A stretch of DNA of 64,000 bases from a virus. This document shows positions 10,101 to 19,280 of the stretch, piece by piece; the first letter of the stretch is position 1; every line of letters starts with the position of its first letter. Below the pieces are notes generated by a model. The model did not search any database. It was not told the DNA's origin and was given only the letters and a program-made list of their open reading frames with translations. The stretch covers positions 96,001 through 160,000 of IMG/VR virus record IMGVR_UViG_3300025009_000051; one strand, 5' to 3'. Made by a program: the position numbers and the translations under genes.

Positions 10101-10574
10101 ATGAGAACAAAGTATGATGGAATAGAATACCACTTCTTTTGGAATGGACCATTTAGTAATTGGTATTTTTCTGAATTTGTAATTGATAATATAAAATTTA
10201 TCGGTGGTGAACAATATATGATGTATCAGAAAGCTATTGTTTTTAATGATACTGACACTGCAGAAAAAATTATGGAAGAAATATTCCCAAATAAACAAAA
10301 ATCATTAGGAAGATTAGTTAAGAATTATGATGATAAAGTATGGGCAGAAAAAAGATATGAATTAGTTAAAAAAGGATTGAGAGAAAAATTTAATCAAAAT
10401 CAATCTTTAAAAAATAAATTAAAATCATATCAAGGTTGTATCTTTGTCGAAGCATCTCCTTATGATAGAATTTGGGGTATTGGATTTTATGATGATGTAG
10501 CTTTACAACATATAGATGAATGGGGGCAAAATTTACTTGGTAAAATATTGACAGAACTGTCAAATGAATTATAG
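10101..10574 (+). CDS. NADAR (YbiA-like) family protein
   Basis: PFSNWY, EQYMMYQKA, QKSLGR and VEASPYDRIWGIG motifs. Confidence 0.9.
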   Translation: MRTKYDGIEYHFFWNGPFSNWYFSEFVIDNIKFIGGEQYMMYQKAIVFNDTDTAEKIMEEIFPNKQKSLGRLVKNYDDKVWAEKRYELVKKGLREKFNQNQSLKNKLKSYQGCIFVEASPYDRIWGIGFYDDVALQHIDEWGQNLLGKILTELSNEL

Positions 10575-12257
10575 ATTGCAGATTACTTCATATTTTAAAC
10601 TACCACAATCCCAAATTCTATCATAACCTAAATTTATCATATTTTCCCATTCTGATAAATCTTTATTTCCATTGTATTTATTAACAATTTGATATTTGGT
10701 AAAATTAAATCTATGTTTTCTTTCCGAATAATTTAATAAATACCAATAATTTGGAGTTCCTTTATCTATTAATTTAAATCCTAATTTTTCATATAAAGTT
10801 GTATTAAGAGTAGAAGACCACCTTCTATCAGCATAACTATGAATTTTATTTGGTTTATATTTAGATATAAAATAATTTAATAGTTTGCCGGCAGTTCCAA
10901 TTGCAATATAATTTTCATTTGCAGCATATCTTATTAATTCATAATCATTTTCTGAATTTTCTTTTTTGCCATATATAATTCTTTTTTTACTAAATGTCAT
11001 AATTGCTATAATTTCATTATTAAAAAAAGCTCCTAATTTAATACTACTTTTATCCTTTCCTTGTATGTGATATTTTTCTAAAAATATATCTTTTTCTTGA
11101 CTCGATATTTCTTTGATAATTGTATTTCTGCCATAAATTCTTTCTTTATTAGTATTTAATTTTAAAATATATTTTAATTTATTTTTTATTAATTCTTTTT
11201 TATTGCACCATTCATCATCAAAAATGTGAATTAATTGAATTCCTTTTTCTTCACATAATTTTGTTTTTGTAATGTGATAATCTTTTAATTTTCCATTCAA
11301 TTCGGAATGCCAGTATAATCCATTAAATTCAATGGCAAGATTAAAATCTGGAAGATAAATATCTATTTCAAATGGATTAATAATAGATTTTGAATGTATT
11401 ACAATATTTTCTATATTTAATGTTTGTAGATATTCTTTAATCTCTATTTCTGGTTTTGATTGAAAAGAAGGAGAATAATTTCCTAATCCTAAAACATAAT
11501 TTTCTGATAATTTATTTTGTGTATTTTTAGATACTATTTCTCCATATTTTTGCTTGTATTCTTTTTGAGAAATATTGTGCAATTTTAAATGACTATTTGT
11601 TAAATATTTTAATTTTTGATTGCATATTTTACATTCGATATAATTTTCAATATTATCAGTTAAAAATTTTTTTCTTTCTAATATATAATGATATTGTTTC
11701 CATAAATAATTATATTCTGGATATTGTTCTAAAAATAAAGATATAGAAACTTTATGTTCTTTTAATAAATGTTGAGTAAACCAACCAGATTTATTTTCTA
11801 TATCAATTGTATTCCAATCACAATATGGGCATTGAAGAATTGGAGAAGTTTCTCTTTCTTCTAGAATATAATATTCTTTAAAATTTTTATCCGAAATATT
11901 GTGTTCATTTCTTAAATGCCTTGTTAATGCACCACTTGCATTTATTGAATCATAAAATATTTTATTGCATATTTTACATTTTAATTGCTTTGTTTTGTCT
12001 CCTTTATCTTTTCTTGCTCTTTTTTGATTTAATTCTACATCTGAATGTTTGCATGTGTTTGAACAATAAACCTTATCTATTGGTGTTTCTCTCTTTCCAC
12101 AAATTTTGCATTTATATAAATTTTCTTCAATTAAAAATTTCTTCTTATATTCATGTTTATCTAATCCATGAATTTTTATATGGTTATAGAAAGAACTCGA
12201 ATTTTGTATTGGTTTATTGCAATATGGACAATAATATAAATATTTTATTTTGATCAT
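10569..12257 (-). CDS. Hef-like homing endonuclease: Zn-finger repeats, PD-(D/E)XK domain, C-terminal GNAT-like domain
   Basis: Repeated CxxC...H motifs; EIDIYLPDFNLAIEFNGLYWH; ELIRYA...SYADRRWS; lies directly downstream of the capsid gene. Confidence 0.75.
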   Translation of the reverse strand: MIKIKYLYYCPYCNKPIQNSSSFYNHIKIHGLDKHEYKKKFLIEENLYKCKICGKRETPIDKVYCSNTCKHSDVELNQKRARKDKGDKTKQLKCKICNKIFYDSINASGALTRHLRNEHNISDKNFKEYYILEERETSPILQCPYCDWNTIDIENKSGWFTQHLLKEHKVSISLFLEQYPEYNYLWKQYHYILERKKFLTDNIENYIECKICNQKLKYLTNSHLKLHNISQKEYKQKYGEIVSKNTQNKLSENYVLGLGNYSPSFQSKPEIEIKEYLQTLNIENIVIHSKSIINPFEIDIYLPDFNLAIEFNGLYWHSELNGKLKDYHITKTKLCEEKGIQLIHIFDDEWCNKKELIKNKLKYILKLNTNKERIYGRNTIIKEISSQEKDIFLEKYHIQGKDKSSIKLGAFFNNEIIAIMTFSKKRIIYGKKENSENDYELIRYAANENYIAIGTAGKLLNYFISKYKPNKIHSYADRRWSSTLNTTLYEKLGFKLIDKGTPNYWYLLNYSERKHRFNFTKYQIVNKYNGNKDLSEWENMINLGYDRIWDCGSLKYEVICNL

Positions 12258-12289
12258 ATAGAAATATAATAAATTTTTTTATATAAAAC

Positions 12290-12320
12290 AAAAAAAGCTA
12301 CTGTTTTAGAGTAGCTTTTT
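12290..12320 (-). terminator. Terminator after the major capsid gene
   Basis: AAAAAGCTACT/AGTAGCTTTTT inverted repeat with T-run on the - strand. Confidence 0.7.
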
Positions 12321-12341
12321 CATTAAATATTTAATTATTGA

Positions 12342-13955
12342 TTAAACGTAGTTCAAATCTGCAACGTAGATTTTAGCATAAAATTCAGGTCTTGTTATCA
12401 CCTTAGCGTAGCGTGTCATTACACCCTTTCTTGGAGTCAAGTTATCAGGATCTAAAACAGTAGGAGTCATAATCAAAGGAATATAAGGACAATAAGCGGC
12501 CCCCGTTTCAAGGAATTGTGTTCCTCTAAATCCTTCTAAAATTACATTACTGTTCCAATAAGGAACTTTATAGATGTTGTATCTATTGTTCATCATACCA
12601 ACTTTTTGAACACCCATTGCGAACGAAGTAGTTCCCCAAGCAGTACCATCAGTATCTGCACTAAAACCAGGCATACTTTCCATTACCGTAGCAACGTCAG
12701 GAGAAGTAACTGCGAAGTTTGCTCCACCTCTCATAGTTTTTGTATGAATTTTATTAGAAACTTTTTGCATTTTTGTTCCCAAAGTTTGGAACCAAGTAGG
12801 TTGAGTATAAGCTAAAGCCGAACCTTGATCTGCATCTTGAGTTGTGAATGCACTACCATTCCAAATTGTATTAACTTTTGCTGACCATACATCAGCTGTC
12901 AAAGCGCTAACTGTCAACATTTCTAAAATTTCCAAATCAATTTCCATTGAAACATATTCGCTCATCATACTTGTCAATTCACTTTCAGCGTCAATTGAGT
13001 GATATGCATTTAAATCTTGACTTAATTCTGGAGTCCAAATAGCTTTCAATTTTCTTGTTTTAGCAACAATCGGAATTGATGAATAATCTACTTGTAATTC
13101 AGGAATGTGTAAAGCATTAGTACCCGACCATGCTGGATCACCCTGAGCTTCAAAATCACCTCTTTGATAATCTAACGGTTGTTTATGATAATAAACGGTA
13201 ACAGGAGTAGGAACAGTACCAGCTACAATAAAAGTAATCTTAGTTGTGCTTGCTGTACCATTTTCGTCTACTGCTTTAGTATGTGCGTTATAAACAGTTG
13301 TAATACCAGAACCAGAAACTAAAAATGCATTAATACCAGTAAAATCCGCACTTAACCCAGTCAAATCTACAGTTACCTTTGATAATGAACCAGTTGAAGC
13401 AGCTAATGTAGCATCATAATCAATTTCTGCATAAGTTGTTACTGAACCAGAAGTTGGAGCAATACTTGATGAATAATCGTTAATTGTGTATCCAAATTTA
13501 CCTGAACCGTATAACCCACCAGAAGCATCTGCAGAAGTTTTAGTTACACCAAAAATAGAGTTATCTTGATCAGTTGTTCCTTCACTTGAAGTAAAACCGG
13601 GTTGAGATGTACCATATTTAAAGTCCATATAAAATACCAACCCCGAAGGTAAAGTCATAGGTTGAACACTTACGAAATCTTTTGCAGCTATTTCAGCAAA
13701 AATTCTTCTAACCAACGGCAATGCAATACTTGACCATTCTTCAGCGTTTTGTCCGCCAGTTTTTGAAATTTCGTCAATTAATTGTCTTGCTTGGTTTTCC
13801 AACATAATAGCCATATTATGTTTCTCATATTTTTTGTTCAGTCCTTCTAAAAGTCCTGTTTTCCCCCATTTATTAACCAAACGCTTTGTTTCGTTAATTT
13901 GGCGTCTATAATGGGATTTAGTATCGTTTTGAACGATTTGTAATACTCTTGACAT
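12342..13955 (-). CDS. Major capsid protein (T4 gp23-like)
   Basis: VQPMTLPSGLVF, AKTRKLKAIWTPELSQDL, EIDLEIL, YCPYIPL and PRKGVMTRYA motifs. Confidence 0.95.
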   Translation of the reverse strand: MSRVLQIVQNDTKSHYRRQINETKRLVNKWGKTGLLEGLNKKYEKHNMAIMLENQARQLIDEISKTGGQNAEEWSSIALPLVRRIFAEIAAKDFVSVQPMTLPSGLVFYMDFKYGTSQPGFTSSEGTTDQDNSIFGVTKTSADASGGLYGSGKFGYTINDYSSSIAPTSGSVTTYAEIDYDATLAASTGSLSKVTVDLTGLSADFTGINAFLVSGSGITTVYNAHTKAVDENGTASTTKITFIVAGTVPTPVTVYYHKQPLDYQRGDFEAQGDPAWSGTNALHIPELQVDYSSIPIVAKTRKLKAIWTPELSQDLNAYHSIDAESELTSMMSEYVSMEIDLEILEMLTVSALTADVWSAKVNTIWNGSAFTTQDADQGSALAYTQPTWFQTLGTKMQKVSNKIHTKTMRGGANFAVTSPDVATVMESMPGFSADTDGTAWGTTSFAMGVQKVGMMNNRYNIYKVPYWNSNVILEGFRGTQFLETGAAYCPYIPLIMTPTVLDPDNLTPRKGVMTRYAKVITRPEFYAKIYVADLNYV

Positions 13956-13978
13956 ATGTTTATATTATTTATTAATTA

Positions 13979-15088
13979 TTAATTTTTTGATTTTTTTATT
14001 CCTGCTAATTCTTGTAAGCGTCTTACTTGAGGATCTACATTAGAAACAATCTTTTTCATTGTCGGTTTAATATTTCTTGAACTTAATCCTTCTTGTAATT
14101 TTTTCTTCAAAGGACTGTTTACTTTTTTAGCAGCAACAACTTGTTTTTTATTAGCTAAATTTTCATTTAAAATTCTAAATACCAATTTAACTTCTTTAAC
14201 GGTGTCAGCTTTATCGAATGATTCAACCAATTTTAATTTTTGATCTTTATTCAAATCAAAGTTTTTAAATAATTTGTTCAAGTACAATAATTTTGAATTT
14301 AATAAATTAACTTCTGATAATGTGCTTTTCATTTCTCTAATTACTTTGTAAGCTTCACCTAATTTAGTACGTAATTCAGCAACCGGTTCTTCATCTTCAA
14401 CTTCTTCTTCGTCATCTTCTAATGCTTTTAAAATTTCTGAAATATCTTCATCTTCTTCAGGTTCATCTTCAGTAGTTTCATCTTCTTCAGTTATTTCTTC
14501 TTCATCTTCTTCAGTTCCATCTTCAAGATTTTTTAATATTTCATCTAATTCATCTTCACTAAATTCGTCGGTTTCATCTTCTTCAGTTACTTCTTCATCT
14601 TCGGAATTAAAGTCTTCGTCGTCAGATATGTCTAAATCTTCATCTCCGGTATCTTCAATATCTTCTAAATCTTCGTCTTCAATTTCTTCGATTTCATCTT
14701 CTTCTCCATCTAACATTTCTTCTAAATCATCATCTGATATATCGAAATCATCTTCGTCTTCCATGTTTTCATCTTCTTCAGTTACTTCTTCGTCATCCAT
14801 GTATTCGTCTTCGTCAAAGTTTTCATCTTCTTCAGTTACTTCTTCGTCATCCATGTATTCGTCATCTTCGATTTCGTCTTCTTCTGTGATTTCTTCATCA
14901 TCTGTAATTTCATCTTCAAAGTCATCTTCCATTTCTTGTTTTAAGTTCTTTTTAAATAAACTTTGCAATTGTGGAGTAAATGCTTCTTCTAATTGTGCTT
15001 TAGCGTTGGTTAATGCAGCTTGTTTAATTTGACGAGCATCTGCAATTGCTTCTTCTAACAGCGTTTTTTGCTTAATTTCTTTAGCCAT
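13979..15088 (-). CDS. Prohead core/scaffold protein with long acidic repeat region
   Basis: EAIADA N-terminus, D/E-rich EEVTEEDE repeats, EVNLLNSKLLY C-terminal block; immediately upstream of the capsid gene. Confidence 0.8.
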   Translation of the reverse strand: MAKEIKQKTLLEEAIADARQIKQAALTNAKAQLEEAFTPQLQSLFKKNLKQEMEDDFEDEITDDEEITEEDEIEDDEYMDDEEVTEEDENFDEDEYMDDEEVTEEDENMEDEDDFDISDDDLEEMLDGEEDEIEEIEDEDLEDIEDTGDEDLDISDDEDFNSEDEEVTEEDETDEFSEDELDEILKNLEDGTEEDEEEITEEDETTEDEPEEDEDISEILKALEDDEEEVEDEEPVAELRTKLGEAYKVIREMKSTLSEVNLLNSKLLYLNKLFKNFDLNKDQKLKLVESFDKADTVKEVKLVFRILNENLANKKQVVAAKKVNSPLKKKLQEGLSSRNIKPTMKKIVSNVDPQVRRLQELAGIKKSKN

Positions 15089-15215
15089 TTTAATTTGTGA
15101 TTTTCTATAGTTACTATGAAACTATAATTCGGATTTTTTGTTTTCGGTTTACTCTATATATGAATAAAGTATTTTTTTCGATAAAGGTATTGAAAACCTT
15201 TAATGTAGTTTTGTT

Positions 15216-15290
15216 TTGAACTTCTACAACCTAAAGGATGTAAATTCCTATTCTAGACAGGCACAATCCGTAGTTCCTACGGCGATATTT
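15216..15290 (-). ncRNA. Compact omegaRNA-like IS200/IS605 right end (second family) in the scaffold/capsid operon leader
   Basis: On -: CCGTAG-GAA-CTACGG stem, CCTGT/ATAGG pairing, TACATCC-TTTA-GGTTGTA end hairpin, then GAAGTTCAA terminus. Confidence 0.6.
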
Positions 15291-15323
15291 TTTATTTAGT
15301 AGGATTATAATTCCTTCTTTAAT

Positions 15324-15332
15324 ATAAGTATA
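15324..15332 (-). promoter_or_regulatory. Putative late-type promoter ATACTTATA for the scaffold/capsid operon
   Basis: Variant of the recurring ATATTTAT(A/T) motif. Confidence 0.5.
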
Positions 15333-15431
15333 AAATAAAAAAAAAGAACTTAATTTTTTTAATTAATTTTAAAGAAATATTTGTTTATTTCATATTTTCA
15401 ATGTATATTTGTGTGTATAAAAACAAAAATA

Positions 15432-15737
15432 ATGGAAAAAACATTAGAAGAAATTAAAAATATTTTAGCAATTTCTCGAAAATTTAATATTTGGGACAAT
15501 CCAAAAAGACCAAATGAAGTTCAAGAAGGTTGCTGTGAATATTGTGGAAAGAAACATGGTAAAACTCCATTCATGGTTCATGTTACTATTTTAGGAACTT
15601 GCGTACCAAATAATATAACAGAAGAAGATCTTTCCAGAGTAAATGAAGAATCACAAGGAGGTTGGGCAATTGGATCTACATGTGCTAAAAAATTGTTTGG
15701 AGAAAAAATTTTAGAATATTGTACAAAACAGAAATAA
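15432..15737 (+). CDS. Hypothetical Zn-binding protein
   Basis: CEYC and GSTC motifs; behind TTTG-N20-TATATTTG at 15380-15411. Confidence 0.65.
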   Translation: MEKTLEEIKNILAISRKFNIWDNPKRPNEVQEGCCEYCGKKHGKTPFMVHVTILGTCVPNNITEEDLSRVNEESQGGWAIGSTCAKKLFGEKILEYCTKQK

Positions 15738-15744
15738 ATTAAAA

Positions 15745-16158
15745 ATGATAGTCAAAGAACAAATATCCAATAGAAAAAGAATTAATCATATAATTCTAAC
15801 TCCTACTCCACATATTAAATCTTACGCTGCATTAATATCTTTGAATGATTATTACAGTTCGTTAGATAGGGAAATTTTAGAAGAAATGGATTGGAGATAT
15901 CTTTTTATATTTAAACGTACATGGCTTAGACATAGAAAGGATGATAACGGTAATCATACTTGTGAATATTGTGGAAGAACGGATTTAAAAATTGGACCAA
16001 GGAAGTCTCATCCAGGTAAAAACCAAAAATCTTATATTACCCTCGATCATATAATGCCATTATCTAAAGGTGGAGGAAAATTTGATACTAATAATTTTGC
16101 CAAAGCATGTTTTAATTGCAATACTAAAAAAGGTGATACAATTATAAATTTAAAATAA
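15745..16158 (+). CDS. HNH endonuclease
   Basis: CEYCG...TLDHIMPLSKGG...NFAKACFNCNTKKG. Confidence 0.9.
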   Translation: MIVKEQISNRKRINHIILTPTPHIKSYAALISLNDYYSSLDREILEEMDWRYLFIFKRTWLRHRKDDNGNHTCEYCGRTDLKIGPRKSHPGKNQKSYITLDHIMPLSKGGGKFDTNNFAKACFNCNTKKGDTIINLK

Positions 16159-16164
16159 ATTAAA

Positions 16165-16586
16165 ATGATTACAAATTTTTATGTCGCTGAATTTAGATTA
16201 GAAGAATTAAAATTGTTTATTCGGTCTAATCTACCAACTGCAAGATTTATTGATAATCCGTATAAAGTAGGAAATAAATATTCTATATCTCTTGAAATGG
16301 AAATAAAAGATGCAAATAAATTAAATTTGCTGCAAAATAAATGGTATGATGAAGACAATGCAATTAACTCTCCATCGAAAAATATATTTAGAAAAATATT
16401 TAAAAAGTAAATTAAATGAATACAAGAATAGCAACTAAAGAAGATTTTAAGGTTGGAACAACTCTTATAGATTCAGAAGGAAATGAATTTACTCTAAGAA
16501 GAAAATATTGTGATGGTATTTGGGAATGCAACCACAGAGTTCATATGGAAGATGAAGCAAGATTTTATAAAATAAAAATTACATAA
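16165..16586 (+). CDS. Two small hypothetical ORFs: 16165-16410, 16416-16586
   Basis: Second ORF (56 aa) read by hand. Confidence 0.55.
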
Positions 16587-16604
16587 CTTTTCTAAAAAAG
16601 AAGA

Positions 16605-16862
16605 TTAAACTTCCATATCTTTTATTTTCTTGTACATATAGGTAAATTCTTCAATACTTATATCTAATCCTTTTAAAATATTATAGATAATAGCGATTTG
16701 TTGGTTTTTATTTAAATTAATCTTCTTAACTGTATCTGTAAATTTTTCTAAAAACTTTGTAAGATTTCCAGGTATTCTAACTTCTGCATAATCTACTTCT
16801 TTTAATTGTTGCTTTAATTCTTCTCGAATTATTTGTCTGAGCTTGATTTCGTTTTTATCCAT
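16605..16862 (-). CDS. Hypothetical protein, possibly virion-associated
   Basis: LRQIIREELK motif; late-type promoter at 16878-16886. Confidence 0.6.
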   Translation of the reverse strand: MDKNEIKLRQIIREELKQQLKEVDYAEVRIPGNLTKFLEKFTDTVKKINLNKNQQIAIIYNILKGLDISIEEFTYMYKKIKDMEV

Positions 16863-16903
16863 TGTTTTATTTTTAATAATAAATATAAAAATAATTTTTT
16901 TAT

Positions 16904-17782
16904 TTACTTTCTTACTCCTGAACTTCTTCCACTATTTGAATTACCGGAATTACTTCTATTATTATTGGTATTCGTGTTTATATTAAAATTAGAATTATTA
17001 TTTGAATTAGTATTTCTATTATAATTTGTAGAAGAATTTGTATTGGTAGAATAGTTAGAATTTGAATTACTGTAATTTGGTTTTACATTTGTCGTCCTAT
17101 TTGAATTAGAGTAATTATAATTTGGTTTTGTTGTATTGTTTGGTCTGACATAATTATTTTGATTATTCTGATTTGTGTTGGTATTTATTCTATTTTGGTT
17201 TGTAGTATTATTTGTTGATATTCTATTATGATTATTGTTTGTCGTTATATTATTTGAGTTTGTTCTAATCACATTATTTCTATTATCTGAATTAACTGTT
17301 TTATATTCGTGATTTGGTCTGATTGCATCATTTCTAACAATATTATTTCTTTCTCCTACATTTGTTCTATATCTATTTCCATAAGAAGAATAATTCTGAT
17401 AATAATTGTGATAATTGTAATTATAATAACCATTATAATATCCATTCCAATAACCATTATAATATCCATTCCAATAATTTTCATAATAATACCAATTGTA
17501 ATAAGAATATGAATAATAGTAAGAAGGATAATAATAAGTTGGATAATACCAATAATCATAAAAATAATAATCAAAATAAATATAATCTCTATGAAATCTA
17601 TCTATTCTTGAATTATAAGAAGAATAATTATAAATGTAAATGTCTACATCAGATTGATTTGTTTCTACATATATTGTGTCATTATGTTCTGGATAAGAAT
17701 CATCATAATATTGAACTACTTGAGTGGTCATACAAGAACTCAGAATAAATATTATACTGAGTAATAAGAATAATTTTTTCAT
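16904..17782 (-). CDS. Lipoprotein with Tyr-rich middle and Asn/Ser/Thr/Arg low-complexity tail
   Basis: MKK plus hydrophobic stretch and LSSC lipobox; YYNGY repeats; N-rich tail. Confidence 0.75.
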   Translation of the reverse strand: MKKLFLLLSIIFILSSCMTTQVVQYYDDSYPEHNDTIYVETNQSDVDIYIYNYSSYNSRIDRFHRDYIYFDYYFYDYWYYPTYYYPSYYYSYSYYNWYYYENYWNGYYNGYWNGYYNGYYNYNYHNYYQNYSSYGNRYRTNVGERNNIVRNDAIRPNHEYKTVNSDNRNNVIRTNSNNITTNNNHNRISTNNTTNQNRINTNTNQNNQNNYVRPNNTTKPNYNYSNSNRTTNVKPNYSNSNSNYSTNTNSSTNYNRNTNSNNNSNFNINTNTNNNRSNSGNSNSGRSSGVRK

Positions 17783-17821
17783 TTGATTTAATTTTAATTG
17801 GTTATAATATTATATAAACAA

Positions 17822-17854
17822 AAAACGTACAAATATTTATTCTTTGTACGTTTT
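17822..17854 (-). terminator. Perfect 12-bp hairpin with T-run on - (terminator/attenuator, or IS left-end hairpin)
   Basis: AAAACGTACAAA / TTTGTACGTTTT. Confidence 0.45.
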
Positions 17855-17982
17855 ATTCATTTGTATTATATTAATTTAACGAAATTATACAAAAATATAT
17901 TGATTTATATAAATTTATTGTTTGAAAAAAATTAGGTTCTTTTTTTATTTTTTATAGTTATATGTATAAAAAGAATGTATAA

Positions 17983-19176
17983 ATGTTAAAAGCAATTAAA
18001 ATAAGAATATATCCAAATCAAGAACAAATGAATTATATAAATAATTTATTAGGATCTGCAAGATTTGTTTATAACAACTGCTTGGCATTTAAGATTGATT
18101 CTTATAACAACGAAAAGAAAAATGTTGGATTCGCTGAATTAGGTAGATATTTGACTGAATTGAAACAGAAAGAAGAATTTATTTGGTTAAAAGATGTACA
18201 TGCTAAGGTCTTGCAGCAATCTCTAATTAATCTAAATCAAGCTTATTCTAATTTTTTTAAAAATGGATTTGGATTTCCTAATTTCAAGAGTAGGAAAAGC
18301 TACAAGCAATCTTGTAGATTTCCGAAAGATGCAATTGGTAAGATTGAAGAAAATAAAATAACTTTGATTAAACAATTAAAAAATATTCCATTTAGATGCT
18401 CTGAAAGAGATAAAAATTATTTGAACTCTCATCAAGAAAATATTCATTCTGCGACACTCTTAAAAACTAAAACAAATAAATATTATCTTTCAATTTTAAT
18501 TGATTTTGAGTTAAATAAAAAATTAAAAGAAACAGAAAAAATCATTGGAATTGATCTTGGAATTAAAAATTTTATTGTAACTTCTGAGAATGAAAAAATT
18601 GAAAATATTAAAATTATTAGAAACAATCAAGAAAAATTAAAAAAATTACATCAAAATTTATCAAAGAAGAAAAACGGATCAAAAAATAAAGAGAAAGCAA
18701 GGATCAAATTGGCCAGATTCAACGAAAAATTAAACAACAAAAAAGAGTTTTATTTGCATCAAATATCAAATCAATTATTAGATGAAAACCAAGTCATAAT
18801 AATGGAAGATTTAGATATTAAGAGCATGCTTCAAAATCATCAATTAGCTCGAAGTATCCAAGAATTGTCTTTATATACATTTAAATCAATCTTGAAATAC
18901 AAAGCTAAATGGTATAATAGAGACATCATTGAAATCAATAAATTCTTTCCTTCGTCAAAATTATGTTCTTCTTGTGGTTACAAGAAAGATGATTTAGAAT
19001 TAAAAGACAGAAATTGGACCTGTCCAGAATGTGGAGCAGAACATGAAAGAGATTTAAATGCAGCTAAAAATATTTTGAAAGAAGGAAAGAGAATATTAGA
19101 AATAAAAGAAAACAAAATAGGGCTGAGTAGGCCCGAATCAACGCTTGTGGAGAGCAACTCATTAGAGTCTCGTTGA
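17983..19176 (+). mobile_element. tnpB: IS200/IS605-family RNA-guided endonuclease TnpB; no tnpA adjacent
   Basis: N-terminal KAIKIRIYPN...ARFVYN; RuvC I IGIDLG, RuvC II IMEDL, RuvC III RDLNAAKNI; CSSCG/CPECG zinc finger. Confidence 0.95.
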
Positions 19177-19218
19177 AACAAGAAAAAATTCATATAAAGA
19201 TTTTTATATGAAATTTAA
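19120..19218 (+). ncRNA. omegaRNA scaffold overlapping the tnpB 3' end (copy A); guide position follows from about 19219
   Basis: GGGCT/GGCCC stem, TCAACG/CGTTGA stem, CTTG/CAAG pseudoknot, perfect 10-bp TTCATATAAA/TTTATATGAA hairpin then ATTTAA. Confidence 0.85.
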
Positions 19219-19280
19219 TACTATATTGACTATAATCTCTAATCTGACTCAAAAGATGTGTGGCACGATCGCCAAATTGT

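Noticed and set aside
14760-14890. Tandem repeats that could be mistaken for a CRISPR array
   Set aside because: In-frame coding repeats (EEVTEEDE..DEYMDD) with no unique spacers
14628-15032. Ser-rich + strand ORF
   Set aside because: Antisense shadow of the GAA/GAT-rich acidic scaffold gene
17309-17748. Ile-rich and Asn-rich ORFs overlapping the lipoprotein gene
   Set aside because: Alternative-frame shadows of low-complexity sequence
17896-19229. TATATTGA on both sides of tnpB as a target-site duplication
   Set aside because: IS200/IS605 elements do not make TSDs and the 8-mer is low complexity; the left boundary cannot be fixed without an empty allele
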